64,000 bases of DNA from a virus: the IMG/VR virus record IMGVR_UViG_3300013132_002633, positions 12,497 to 76,496 of that record; one strand, written 5' to 3'. The notes beneath the pieces were generated by a model that saw nothing but the letters and a program-made list of their open reading frames with translations, was not told the origin of the DNA and did no database searches. The translations under genes and the position numbers were made by a program. Shown here piece by piece: positions 17,390-26,714 of this stretch. The number at the start of each line of letters is the position of its first letter. Position 1 is the stretch's first letter.

Positions 17390-17719
17390 TCAGCAGCAGA
17401 CGAAGACATTGTTATGGCACATCACGCTGCCGACAGTTATCGTAAAATCATGACTGCCGATTTCGTAATGAGTGTGTCTCGCAAGACAAACGATAAAGTA
17501 AGTAATACAGCACGATTCCACATTATTAAAAATCGTTTCGGACCAGATGGTTTGACATTCCCAAGCAAAATGAATGCTGGCTGTGGTCAGATTGAGATTT
17601 ATGGTGAAAACAGTCGTGAAGGTCTGGCTGTGTTGAATGAAATGATGGACGGTGAGAACAATGTGAAAAAAGTCTTAAAAAATAAATGGAACGCACATAA
17701 TGCTAATGACGATGAATAA
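17234..17719 (+). CDS. dnaB: DnaB helicase piece 3: IntC-2 plus 109-aa C-extein
   Basis: ADSYRKIMTADFVM and the arginine-finger motif IIKNRFGPDG. Confidence 0.92.
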   Translation: MTEKITKEHDLNPNEFELDEIVNIECIGDHETVDITVDDTHMFFANGVYTHNSAADEDIVMAHHAADSYRKIMTADFVMSVSRKTNDKVSNTARFHIIKNRFGPDGLTFPSKMNAGCGQIEIYGENSREGLAVLNEMMDGENNVKKVLKNKWNAHNANDDE

Positions 17720-17834
17720 TTCATAGTTAAATTTATTTAATTAAATAAAAATTTATGCATAAATTAATAAAAAATTATTGAACATAAGAGAACTAAATTT
17801 GATAGTTATTTTCTACCTAAAGAAAGATTATAAT

Positions 17835-19808
17835 ATGAGTGAAATTTTATCTAAAGAGTTTATTAAAAAATACGCAAAAAAACAACCGAATTGGGGATTC
17901 AACGGTTTAGGATATATTGTTTATAAAAGAACATATGCTAGACTAAAGGAAGATGGTAACACCGAAGAATGGCATGAAACAGTTGAAAGATGTATAAATG
18001 GCGCTCAGAAAATTGGAGCTAGATACACTAAAGATGAAGCAGAACGACTTTTTGATTATGTTTTTAATTTGAAATGTAATTTTGCAGGAAGAATGCTTTG
18101 GCAACTAGGCACCAGTACGGTTGATAGATTTGGTGCTAATTCTTTGCTAAACTGTTGGTTTACAAGTATTAGAGAACCCAAAGCATTTTTGTTTCTTTTT
18201 GAAAATCTAATGTTGGGTGGAGGTGTTGGATATAGCATCCGACGAGAAGATGTACATGAACTTCCTAGAATCAAAAAGGACGTTGTAGTAACGCATCTGC
18301 CAACTAAAGATGCGGACTTTATTGTGCCTGACACTAGAGAAGGATGGGTAAATTTATTGTCAAATGTGTTAGATGCGTTTTATAAAACCGGTAAGTCTTT
18401 CACATACAGTACAATTCTTATACGTGGTGCTGGAGAAAAAATAAATGGATTTGGTGGTAAAGCAAGTGGTCCCACCATCTTAGTAGACGGAATTGAAAAG
18501 ATTACAAAAATTTTCCAAAGTCGTGAATCAAAAAAACTAAGAAGTATCGATGTACTCGACATTTGTAATATTATTGGTAGTATCGTAGTTGCTGGAAATG
18601 TAAGAAGATCCGCTGAAATAGCGTTGGGTGATCCTGATGACGTTTTATATCTCAGAGCAAAAAATTGGAGCAGTGGTAACATACCAAATTGGCGTGCAAT
18701 GAGTAACAACACTCTATACGTCGATGATTACAGTCATCTTATGGACGAGTTTTGGTCAAATGGATATGAGATAAATAACGAAACGGGATTTGCTAATGGA
18801 GAACCTTATGGATTTTTCAATCTACCTCTCAGCCAAAAATATGGTAGATTAAAAGATGGTCCTCTTAAAGATTGTAATTTATATCCAACCGATGTTGACA
18901 ATGTTATTGGTACAAATCCGTGCGGTGAGATAAGTTTAAGTGATTATGAATGTTGTAATTTAAGTGAATTATATTTAAATAATATAACATCGCAGGAAGA
19001 ATTAAATGATTGTGCAAAATTGTTGTATAAAACACAAAAAGCAATTGCAGCACTTCCGTTTATTCACGATGAAACAAATAAAATTGTTCATAAAAACATG
19101 AGACTTGGGTTGGGTGTCACTGGTATTTGTCAATCACTCGATAAGCTACCATGGTTGGATACATGTTATGTTGAACTTCGTAAGTTTGATAAATATTGGA
19201 GTAAAGAACGAGGGTGGTCTGAAAGTATTAAATTGACCACTATCAAACCATCAGGAACTTTAAGTTTATTAGGAGGTGCAACTCCCGGCGTACATCCGGC
19301 ATATAGTAAATACTATATGAGAACTGTCAGAATGAGTAGCGGCGATAAGTTAGTTCAAATCTGCAAAGATTTAGGATATCATACTGAATTTTTATTGAAT
19401 TTTGATGGCACCGAAAACCGTGATACAGTTGTTGTTTATTTTCCATGTGAAACTCCCGAAGGAGCAATACTAGCTGATGATATGAGTGTTAAAAAACAAC
19501 TAGACGTGGTAATGGAACTTCAGAAAATTTGGAGTGACAATGCCGTTAGTGTCACTGCTTATTATGACCCTCAAGAATTAAATATTCTGAAAGAATGGTT
19601 GACTGAAAATTATAAAAATAACATAAAGAGTGTTAGCTTTTTATTGAGACAAAAACACGGATTTAAACAGGCTCCGTATCAAGAAATTGATAAAGAATCA
19701 TATTTAAAGGCAAAAGATAAAGTTAAACCTTTAACTAACCTAAATATTAACGGAGGTGATTTGTTACAAGGCATTGAATGTGAAGGTGGTGCTTGTCCGA
19801 TTCGTTAA
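17835..19808 (+). CDS. nrdJ: Class II (B12-dependent) ribonucleotide reductase
   Basis: YKRTYAR, LLNCWF, GNVRRSAEI, TNPCGEI, TIKPSGT, C-terminal CEGGACPIR; probable start ATG 17835. Confidence 0.92.
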   Translation: MSEILSKEFIKKYAKKQPNWGFNGLGYIVYKRTYARLKEDGNTEEWHETVERCINGAQKIGARYTKDEAERLFDYVFNLKCNFAGRMLWQLGTSTVDRFGANSLLNCWFTSIREPKAFLFLFENLMLGGGVGYSIRREDVHELPRIKKDVVVTHLPTKDADFIVPDTREGWVNLLSNVLDAFYKTGKSFTYSTILIRGAGEKINGFGGKASGPTILVDGIEKITKIFQSRESKKLRSIDVLDICNIIGSIVVAGNVRRSAEIALGDPDDVLYLRAKNWSSGNIPNWRAMSNNTLYVDDYSHLMDEFWSNGYEINNETGFANGEPYGFFNLPLSQKYGRLKDGPLKDCNLYPTDVDNVIGTNPCGEISLSDYECCNLSELYLNNITSQEELNDCAKLLYKTQKAIAALPFIHDETNKIVHKNMRLGLGVTGICQSLDKLPWLDTCYVELRKFDKYWSKERGWSESIKLTTIKPSGTLSLLGGATPGVHPAYSKYYMRTVRMSSGDKLVQICKDLGYHTEFLLNFDGTENRDTVVVYFPCETPEGAILADDMSVKKQLDVVMELQKIWSDNAVSVTAYYDPQELNILKEWLTENYKNNIKSVSFLLRQKHGFKQAPYQEIDKESYLKAKDKVKPLTNLNINGGDLLQGIECEGGACPIR

Positions 19809-19831
19809 AAAAATTAATAAAGTTTAAAAAT

Positions 19832-19860
19832 AAAAACCATCGACAACGATGGTTTTTTTT
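19832..19860 (+). terminator. Intrinsic terminator after nrdJ
   Basis: AAAAACCATCG-acaa-CGATGGTTTTTTTT. Confidence 0.85.
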
Positions 19861-19879
19861 ATATTTATAAGGACATAAT

Positions 19880-20434
19880 ATGGAAGATTTATTAAAATAC
19901 GCTGAAATAATTGTAAAAGCTGGAACAGCTTTGGGTTTATTAGGAGGGCTTGGATTGTGGTTGTATAAATTGAATAAAAATGTTGATGAAATTTTATCCG
20001 AAGTAAAACCGAATGGAGGTAAATCATTGAAAGATACTGTAACTGCGATCAGAAATCAGGTAGATAAAGATTCAAATAGTATCAATACTATATGTTCCAG
20101 GCAAAGATGGATTTTGGATAATAGACCCGAACCAATATTTGAGTGTAATTCAAGCGGAAGTTGTACGTGGGTAAATGAAAAGTACTGTCAATTACTACAA
20201 CATGATATAGAATATTTTAAAAATAACGGGTGGAAAAATGGTATTCATTTGGACGATAGAGAAAGAGTAGAAAATGAATGGGAAAAAGCGATAAAAGATC
20301 GTAGAAGTAGCATATCAGAATTCAGATTGATAAATCGTACTGGAAACGTGATTTTTGTTAAATCCACTGCAATTAGAAATGATGACCTCGGTTATATAGG
20401 ACATATAGAAGTTTTAGATACGGAAAATAAGTAA
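19880..20434 (+). CDS. Membrane-anchored PAS-domain protein
   Basis: N-terminal hydrophobic helix, then PIFEC..G.CTWVNEKY...GWKNGIHLDDRERV...EFRLI...YIGHI (PAS/PAC). Confidence 0.8.
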   Translation: MEDLLKYAEIIVKAGTALGLLGGLGLWLYKLNKNVDEILSEVKPNGGKSLKDTVTAIRNQVDKDSNSINTICSRQRWILDNRPEPIFECNSSGSCTWVNEKYCQLLQHDIEYFKNNGWKNGIHLDDRERVENEWEKAIKDRRSSISEFRLINRTGNVIFVKSTAIRNDDLGYIGHIEVLDTENK

Positions 20435-20473
20435 TATTTATTAATTCTTCGTACTATTTATAAGATATAATAT

Positions 20474-21103
20474 ATGAATCCTTCTAAAGAATTAGTAAAG
20501 CAAATTGTTAGAGAAACACTTGAACAAACTTATACGAAAGTCAAAGAGTCATGGGCAAACATGATGGAAGATCTTTCAAAAGAAATTAAAAAACCAGTGG
20601 TGCAGGATGATAAAGGAAATTATAATGTTTGTGATTGTGAACCATATCATATCAGCTTACGACCAATTGTACACGATATATTTGACATACAAGCATTTAA
20701 AGATGGCACTGACCGAACAAAAAAGTTGTATGTACGATATGAAGATGCCAAAAAATTTGTTAAACAGTATTTAACTTCAAAAGAAGAAAATTACGTAGAC
20801 ACCGCATACAGTCGCAATGTAGAAAACAGTAAGGATAAAGAAGGTGGAAAAAAAGGTGATAAGCTAACTGATGAAAGTATGGTTGATCCAGAAAAAAATA
20901 ATAAACCATCCAAGCAAATCAAAGCTGAACCAATGAATAAAGAAATTGATGATCCAACGCAACCAATGCGAAAAGTAGAAAAGTTTGAAAGACAAGTGGA
21001 TCATAAGAGCAAGAAACCTGATTATAAACCCCCCCAATTGCCAAAGAATTTGCAGAAATTGGTTGTTAAATATACTAAAAGTGGTAAAACCAAGAAAAAA
21101 TAA
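20474..21103 (+). CDS. Hypothetical protein
   Basis: 209 aa, charged; TATTTATA upstream. Confidence 0.6.
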   Translation: MNPSKELVKQIVRETLEQTYTKVKESWANMMEDLSKEIKKPVVQDDKGNYNVCDCEPYHISLRPIVHDIFDIQAFKDGTDRTKKLYVRYEDAKKFVKQYLTSKEENYVDTAYSRNVENSKDKEGGKKGDKLTDESMVDPEKNNKPSKQIKAEPMNKEIDDPTQPMRKVEKFERQVDHKSKKPDYKPPQLPKNLQKLVVKYTKSGKTKKK

Positions 21104-21132
21104 TTGACACGTTAAAAATAATGTGTTATTAT
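21104..21132 (+). promoter_or_regulatory. sigma70-type promoter
   Basis: TTGACA-17-TATTAT with TGTG extension. Confidence 0.7.
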
Positions 21133-21156
21133 CACTCTGTTAAAAAAAGATAAATT

Positions 21157-21516
21157 ATGAAAACTTTATTGAGTTTGACACTCGTTGGACTAGTTTTTAC
21201 CTCAACTTCATTGAAAACATTCGCAGGTGATCGTGAATGGGCTACCGTTGGAAAAGTATTAACTGGAGTAGCAGCTGTACATGTGATTGATAGAATTGTA
21301 AATCCGCCACAACCTGTAGTTGTTTATCATCAACCTGTAATAGTACAACATCCTACGACTGTAATTGTGCCGCAACCTGTTGTTATTCAACCTACACCAG
21401 TTGTTTACGTTTCATCTCCGATTTATTATCAAACAGCGCCGGTTGTAATGTATGGTCCGATATGTCCACCACATTATTATTATAGAACATATCGACCGAT
21501 TCATCATTTTCATTAA
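21157..21516 (+). CDS. Secreted Pro/Val-rich small protein
   Basis: Signal peptide ending TFA; repeated (Q)PVV(I/Y)xQP; has its own promoter and terminator. Confidence 0.7.
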   Translation: MKTLLSLTLVGLVFTSTSLKTFAGDREWATVGKVLTGVAAVHVIDRIVNPPQPVVVYHQPVIVQHPTTVIVPQPVVIQPTPVVYVSSPIYYQTAPVVMYGPICPPHYYYRTYRPIHHFH

Positions 21517-21536
21517 TTTTTAATTAAAAAATCCAC

Positions 21537-21564
21537 ACCGTCAGAGAAATCTGACGGTTTTTTT
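21537..21564 (+). terminator. Intrinsic terminator
   Basis: ACCGTCAGA-gaaa-TCTGACGGT followed by a T run. Confidence 0.85.
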
Positions 21565-21574
21565 ATTTTGAGGA

Positions 21575-21602
21575 TTGACATTGTAAAAAATCGTAGTAAG
21601 AT
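21575..21602 (+). promoter_or_regulatory. sigma70-type promoter
   Basis: TTGACA-16-TAAGAT. Confidence 0.55.
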
Positions 21603-21620
21603 GATATCACAATATAAATT

Positions 21621-22592
21621 ATGAAAAACAACAAGTCTACGGTTAATCTCACTGTTTCGTCATCCGACATCAAGAAGATTCTAGAAACATCTAGTACTCT
21701 TCGTCCGTCAACTTTGATTATGGATGATCTAAAGTGGAAATATATGGTTCGATCCACACTACGTGGTAAGAATATTCTGCTTCTTGGTCCTACTGGATGT
21801 GGTAAAACTCTTGCAGCGCAAACTGTTGCAAAAGTTCTTGGTAAAGAAGCTTCATTTTTCTATTTTAACTTGGGAGCAACTCAAGATGCACGATCTTCGC
21901 TAATTGGCAATACACATTTTGATAAGAATACTGGTACTCTATTTAAGGAATCTAGTTTTGTTAAGGCTATTCGTACTCCAAATGCAATCGTACTTCTTGA
22001 TGAAATTAGTCGCGCACATCATGACGGTGTAAATATTCTCATGACTGTTCTGGACGATTTGCAACGTTATCTTCGATTGGATGAAAAAGATGATAATGAA
22101 GTTGTAAAGGTTGCTGACGGTGTTACTTTTATTGCTACAGCGAACGTTGGCAATGAATATACGGCTACCCGTGTCATGGATCGTGCTCTACTTAGTCGAT
22201 TTCCAGTAAAAATTGAAATGAGTCCTCTTGATGTAGATAACGAATACAATCTCCTAAAATCCCGATTTAACATCAATGATGATAATCAACTACATACGTT
22301 GAAATCGATTTGTGAAATCTCTGATCATACTCGTAAACAGATAAAGCAGGAAGATAGTAAATTGACTAATTTTATTCCTACTCGTACCACGGTTGAAATT
22401 GCTGAACTTATTGTTGACGGTTTTAATCTTGTGGAAATTGCAGAAACTACCATTTATCCCAACTTTAGTGAAGATGGCGGCGTAGACAGTGAACGCACTT
22501 ACATCAAACAGTTGGTACAAAAGTATGTAAAGGTTGAGGCTAAGGAAAGCCTATTCAACGATCCGTTGAAGAGTGATCAACCTCCTTTTTAA
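21621..22592 (+). CDS. MoxR/CbbQ/NorQ-type AAA+ ATPase
   Basis: GPTGCGKT, VLLDEISRA, FIATAN, MDRALLSRF. Confidence 0.88.
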   Translation: MKNNKSTVNLTVSSSDIKKILETSSTLRPSTLIMDDLKWKYMVRSTLRGKNILLLGPTGCGKTLAAQTVAKVLGKEASFFYFNLGATQDARSSLIGNTHFDKNTGTLFKESSFVKAIRTPNAIVLLDEISRAHHDGVNILMTVLDDLQRYLRLDEKDDNEVVKVADGVTFIATANVGNEYTATRVMDRALLSRFPVKIEMSPLDVDNEYNLLKSRFNINDDNQLHTLKSICEISDHTRKQIKQEDSKLTNFIPTRTTVEIAELIVDGFNLVEIAETTIYPNFSEDGGVDSERTYIKQLVQKYVKVEAKESLFNDPLKSDQPPF

Positions 22593-22611
22593 TAATTAAC
22601 CAAAATATAAA

Positions 22612-24771
22612 ATGAGCAATCATAGTGATTTCTGGATGACAGAATACGATGATTGGGATTTTATTGAAGATCCCACATTGTCGGAAAATGTTGTCGGCGT
22701 AGATGATTCTGTTGATGACGGTGAAGACGAAAATGTTCTTCAGTCTGAACGTACTCGTAAACTAATTCGTCTATCGTCTGCACGCCGAGCTGTAGCAAAT
22801 TATGTTGCTATTCTCACCAATAAAAATGTGCCTGTAATGTTTAATGACAGTAATGTAAATTGTACTGATGGTACTGTTGTGTATTTGAGTAGCGATATTA
22901 CCAAAAAGAATAATTTTGATGTTGCTGTTGGACTAGCCTTACATGAGGGTAGTCACATTAAGTATAGTGATTTTGAACTGTTTAAGACGGTTTGGATGAA
23001 GGTACCTCGTAGTATCTACAACTATACGGAAAAACTAAATATCAGTAAGGACACGGTTGGTACTGTGTGTAAAGATATCTACAACTATGTTGAGGATCGG
23101 TACATTGATTATACTGTACATGAAAATGCTCCTGGATATCGTGGATATTATGATGCGTTGTACGACGCTTATTTTAACTCCAAGGTAATTACAGACGCAT
23201 TGCAGAGTGATCTCTACAAGACACCTAGTGTAGAGTCATACATGTTTCGTATTATTAATCTAACCAATTCAAATACAAATCTACGGGTTTTGCCAGGTCT
23301 ATATGATATCGCAAAGATTCTAGATTTGAGTAATATTAAGCGTCTAGAAAAACCTTCTGATAGGCTTGAGGTAGCATTTATGATTGCTGAAATTGTATTC
23401 AAAAATGTAACCGAGGCTGATGATCTACTTAAGACCAAGACTTCATCTGGTGAATCGGGTGAGGAAGGTTCTGATAGCGGTGACCCAAAAAATCAAGCTG
23501 GTCAAGATGGTGAGTCTGAATCTGTTGGTATTACTGTTGAACAAAATTCAAATAACACCGGTCAGTCAAATAGTGTAAATTCATCTTCAAATTCATCTAA
23601 CTTGGATGATATTCTTGGAGGTACTGAATCTACGGTGAAGACTACCCAAAGCGATCAAATTATTGATAACATTGGTGAAGATAAAAAAGTCAGCAAAACC
23701 AAGCTATCAAAGATCAAGAAGGCTTTTGAAAAGCAAAAAGATTTCTTGAAGGGAACCATTAAAAAGAAGAAGGTTACCAAGAAAGAAAAAGATCTTCTGG
23801 ATATTCTTGAAAAGAGCAAGGTTGAGATCGTAGATGTTGCTCAAGATTATGCTAAAAATTACGGATTAATTGGCGGCGTTGAATGTGTAGTTGTAAAGAA
23901 CATGACTAAGGAACTTTTAATGTCGAATGAATGTCCAATGTATATTGGGGAGAACAATCCAGGTACATACAATCGTCATCTTGCGAATGTAAACGCTGGT
24001 ATTATTATGGGTACCAAGCTGGGTCGTCGTCTACAAATTCGTAACGAAGTTAATACACATAAGTTCTCACGTCGTTATACAGGAAAGCTAGACAAACGAT
24101 TGATTCACGAACTTGGATTTAGCGATGAAAATATTTTCTATACAACTCTTACTGAGAAGTATAAAAAGATTAATTTTCACATTAGTGTGGATGCTAGTTC
24201 AAGTATGCATGGAAATAAGTGGGACAAGGCAATTCGTCTATGTGTTGCTCTCGCTAAGGCCGCATCTATGTTAGATAATGTAAATCTTACTATTAGTTTT
24301 AGAACAACTACTGGTAAAAATCCATATATCTTGGTTGGATATGATTCTAAGGTAGATAAGTTCAGCAAAATTCGTAATCTATTTCCATATCTAACTGCAG
24401 CTGCGGTAACTCCAGAAGGATTGTGTTTCGAGGCTATCATGAATCATCTACCAAATTGTTCGGATGATACAAATAGTTATTTTATAAATCTAAGCGATGG
24501 TGAACCATTCTTTTCATATAACATTGGAACAAACATTGTGAATTATTCGGGGCCATCTGCTGCGGCTCATACACAAAAACAAGTAAATAAAATTCGTAAT
24601 GCTGGATACAATGTAATTAGTTATTTTATTGCAGATGGTTACACTAATCCTGCCAGCAGAGATTTATTTAGTAAGATGTATGGCAATGATTCTAATTTCA
24701 TCAATGTGGACAACATTGTACAAATTGCCGGTACTCTTAATAAAAAGATGATGGAATCACTTGACACTTAA
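22612..24771 (+). CDS. vWA-domain partner protein with an N-terminal HExxH region
   Basis: LHEGSH, NYVEDRYID, acidic Ser/Gly-rich linker, MIDAS VDASSSM...TPEG...LSDGEP. Confidence 0.82.
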   Translation: MSNHSDFWMTEYDDWDFIEDPTLSENVVGVDDSVDDGEDENVLQSERTRKLIRLSSARRAVANYVAILTNKNVPVMFNDSNVNCTDGTVVYLSSDITKKNNFDVAVGLALHEGSHIKYSDFELFKTVWMKVPRSIYNYTEKLNISKDTVGTVCKDIYNYVEDRYIDYTVHENAPGYRGYYDALYDAYFNSKVITDALQSDLYKTPSVESYMFRIINLTNSNTNLRVLPGLYDIAKILDLSNIKRLEKPSDRLEVAFMIAEIVFKNVTEADDLLKTKTSSGESGEEGSDSGDPKNQAGQDGESESVGITVEQNSNNTGQSNSVNSSSNSSNLDDILGGTESTVKTTQSDQIIDNIGEDKKVSKTKLSKIKKAFEKQKDFLKGTIKKKKVTKKEKDLLDILEKSKVEIVDVAQDYAKNYGLIGGVECVVVKNMTKELLMSNECPMYIGENNPGTYNRHLANVNAGIIMGTKLGRRLQIRNEVNTHKFSRRYTGKLDKRLIHELGFSDENIFYTTLTEKYKKINFHISVDASSSMHGNKWDKAIRLCVALAKAASMLDNVNLTISFRTTTGKNPYILVGYDSKVDKFSKIRNLFPYLTAAAVTPEGLCFEAIMNHLPNCSDDTNSYFINLSDGEPFFSYNIGTNIVNYSGPSAAAHTQKQVNKIRNAGYNVISYFIADGYTNPASRDLFSKMYGNDSNFINVDNIVQIAGTLNKKMMESLDT

Positions 24772-24789
24772 TTATAAATGTGTTATAAT
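24761..24789 (+). promoter_or_regulatory. Consensus sigma70 promoter
   Basis: TTGACA-17-TATAAT with TGTG extension. Confidence 0.85.
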
Positions 24790-24841
24790 AACTTAGAAGA
24801 ATAGTTTTTAAAAAAATAAACAATAATAAGGAGAAATAAAT

Positions 24842-25222
24842 ATGAAAAAGACGGATCGTAAAAACAAAACAAATCTAACTGTAAAGTGGCCTAAAAACAT
24901 CTTTACAATCAAAGAACTGAATGCTGCAAATCCTGAGTTTGTAGAAATTACACTTCGTGTTCGACTTAAGAAGGCAATCGAATCGGGTGAAGTAAACGAA
25001 ATGGGTGTTCTACACAATGGTAAGGGGCGTCCAACTATTATGTTTGTGTGTGGTAATCCAACAGCAAACCATATTGAAGAAGCTAAATCCAGAGAAGTAC
25101 TTCTAAAGGAAGGATTGACTGTTAGCGTGGCTAAAATTGATTCAACCAATTCAACTACGAATAACAATGAAAATACAGTTATTGTGGTTAACGTTGATAC
25201 TGAAAAAACTGCAACCGTTTAA
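24842..25222 (+). CDS. Small basic protein, possibly winged-helix DNA-binding
   Basis: FTIKEL...ITLRVRLKKAIESGEV...GKGRPT; SD AAGGAG upstream. Confidence 0.5.
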   Translation: MKKTDRKNKTNLTVKWPKNIFTIKELNAANPEFVEITLRVRLKKAIESGEVNEMGVLHNGKGRPTIMFVCGNPTANHIEEAKSREVLLKEGLTVSVAKIDSTNSTTNNNENTVIVVNVDTEKTATV

Positions 25223-25250
25223 TTTATAACAAAATATATAAATTATATGT

Positions 25251-25283
25251 AATGCCGTACATTTAAAAGGTGTACGGCGTTTC
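25251..25283 (+). terminator. Intrinsic terminator-like hairpin
   Basis: AATGCCGTACA / TGTACGGCGTT stem. Confidence 0.7.
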
Positions 25284-25300
25284 TATTTATATAATATTAT

Positions 25301-25528
25301 ATGGCAACTAAAAACAAAATACTGTTATATTTGGATAAAAAAGGAAAACATTTTATTGTATACGATGAAAAAGATTTACTGGAATTAAAAATTCCTGTAG
25401 AATATGTAGACAACGGTACTAACAAGTACATAGATACCATGAAAGAAAAGTGGGAAATACAAAAAGTTAATTCTTCAAAAAATAAATTGACTTTGGAATT
25501 TAAATTGATCAATAGAAAGACGGAATAA
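25301..25528 (+). CDS. Hypothetical protein
   Basis: 75 aa; TATTTATA upstream. Confidence 0.55.
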   Translation: MATKNKILLYLDKKGKHFIVYDEKDLLELKIPVEYVDNGTNKYIDTMKEKWEIQKVNSSKNKLTLEFKLINRKTE

Positions 25529-25529
25529 A

Positions 25530-26714
25530 ATGGATATTTTACAAGAGTTTTTTGGCATAGAATCATTTGATTTTGAAACTAATAAAAAAAGGTTGGTGGA
25601 TAATTTAAATAAATTAAAGGCTATGTCGGTTGAAGAACAAACTTTTTACAAAAAATGGCAAGAAATACAATTATACTCAGATTGTTCATCTAAGGCTAAT
25701 ATTGTAAAAGCTAAGATATGGACACCAACTGATTTTGAAGACGAATCTTTAACAGTATCGGAAATTGTACAATGCAATCCAACATTGGTACACGTTGATA
25801 ATAAAATGCTAAATGATGATTGGACTATGTTACGTGTATTTGGTCATACAATGAGTTTTGATCAAACTCCAGGCAGATTTTTAAAATTTTTGGTCACCGA
25901 TGGTAATGTGGATAATCCACGATATATTGGAGTAATAAGTGTTTCTAGCGATGTTATTGCTATAAATGATCGTGACACATATATTGGATGGTCAACTGAT
26001 AATAAGATAAAAGATAAAAAGTTGGCTCATAGTGCAATTGGTAGTTGTATAATGAGTACACAACCAATTGGATATAACTTTCTAGGAGGTAAATTGGTTG
26101 CTGCGATGATTACTACATCTACGGTAAGAAATATATGGAAGTCTCTATATAATCAAACTCTTGTGGGAATGACTACGACATCATTGTATGGTAGTTATAG
26201 TATGTATAATAGCTTAAAATGGTGGCACAAGTGTGGATCTAGTGCTGGTAAGATTGCAATTAAACCAGATGAAGATATTTATAAAATTTGGCACGAATGG
26301 GTAAAAGAAAATTGTAGTGAAAAATATGACAATGCTATGACGCAAAAAGAGGGTGTTTCTGGGCCTGTAACAGGAGCCAAATCCAGAGTCATATCAATGA
26401 TTTTCAATAAGTGTGGAATTAAACAAAGTGCATATCAACATGGATACGAACGAGGTGTATATTACAGTTGTTTTTATGAAAACACCAAAGAGTATCTTCA
26501 AAATAAGATCAATGATGAGCAGTTGAAGATGAAAGAACTATTTAAAAATGATACCAAGGGTGTAACTGATTGGTGGAAGCCAAAGGCTATAGAAAGATAT
26601 AAAAAATTAAAGTCAGAGGGCAATTTAAAAACAACCGTTCATTTTTATAATAAAATGATTGGTATGTCTTATGAAGAAGCTAAGGAAAATTTCTTTAAAG
26701 AAGTTGGACGATAG
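25530..26714 (+). CDS. DUF4338 (Druantia DruA-domain)-like protein
   Basis: PGRFLKFLV, RDTYIGW, QPIGYNFLGGKLVA, TTTSLYG..SMYNSL. Confidence 0.65.
   Translation: MDILQEFFGIESFDFETNKKRLVDNLNKLKAMSVEEQTFYKKWQEIQLYSDCSSKANIVKAKIWTPTDFEDESLTVSEIVQCNPTLVHVDNKMLNDDWTMLRVFGHTMSFDQTPGRFLKFLVTDGNVDNPRYIGVISVSSDVIAINDRDTYIGWSTDNKIKDKKLAHSAIGSCIMSTQPIGYNFLGGKLVAAMITTSTVRNIWKSLYNQTLVGMTTTSLYGSYSMYNSLKWWHKCGSSAGKIAIKPDEDIYKIWHEWVKENCSEKYDNAMTQKEGVSGPVTGAKSRVISMIFNKCGIKQSAYQHGYERGVYYSCFYENTKEYLQNKINDEQLKMKELFKNDTKGVTDWWKPKAIERYKKLKSEGNLKTTVHFYNKMIGMSYEEAKENFFKEVGR

Noticed and set aside
21621-24771. Cobaltochelatase CobST serving the B12-dependent NrdJ
   Set aside because: Only generic MoxR/vWA motifs are present; there is no CobN or other cobalamin gene.
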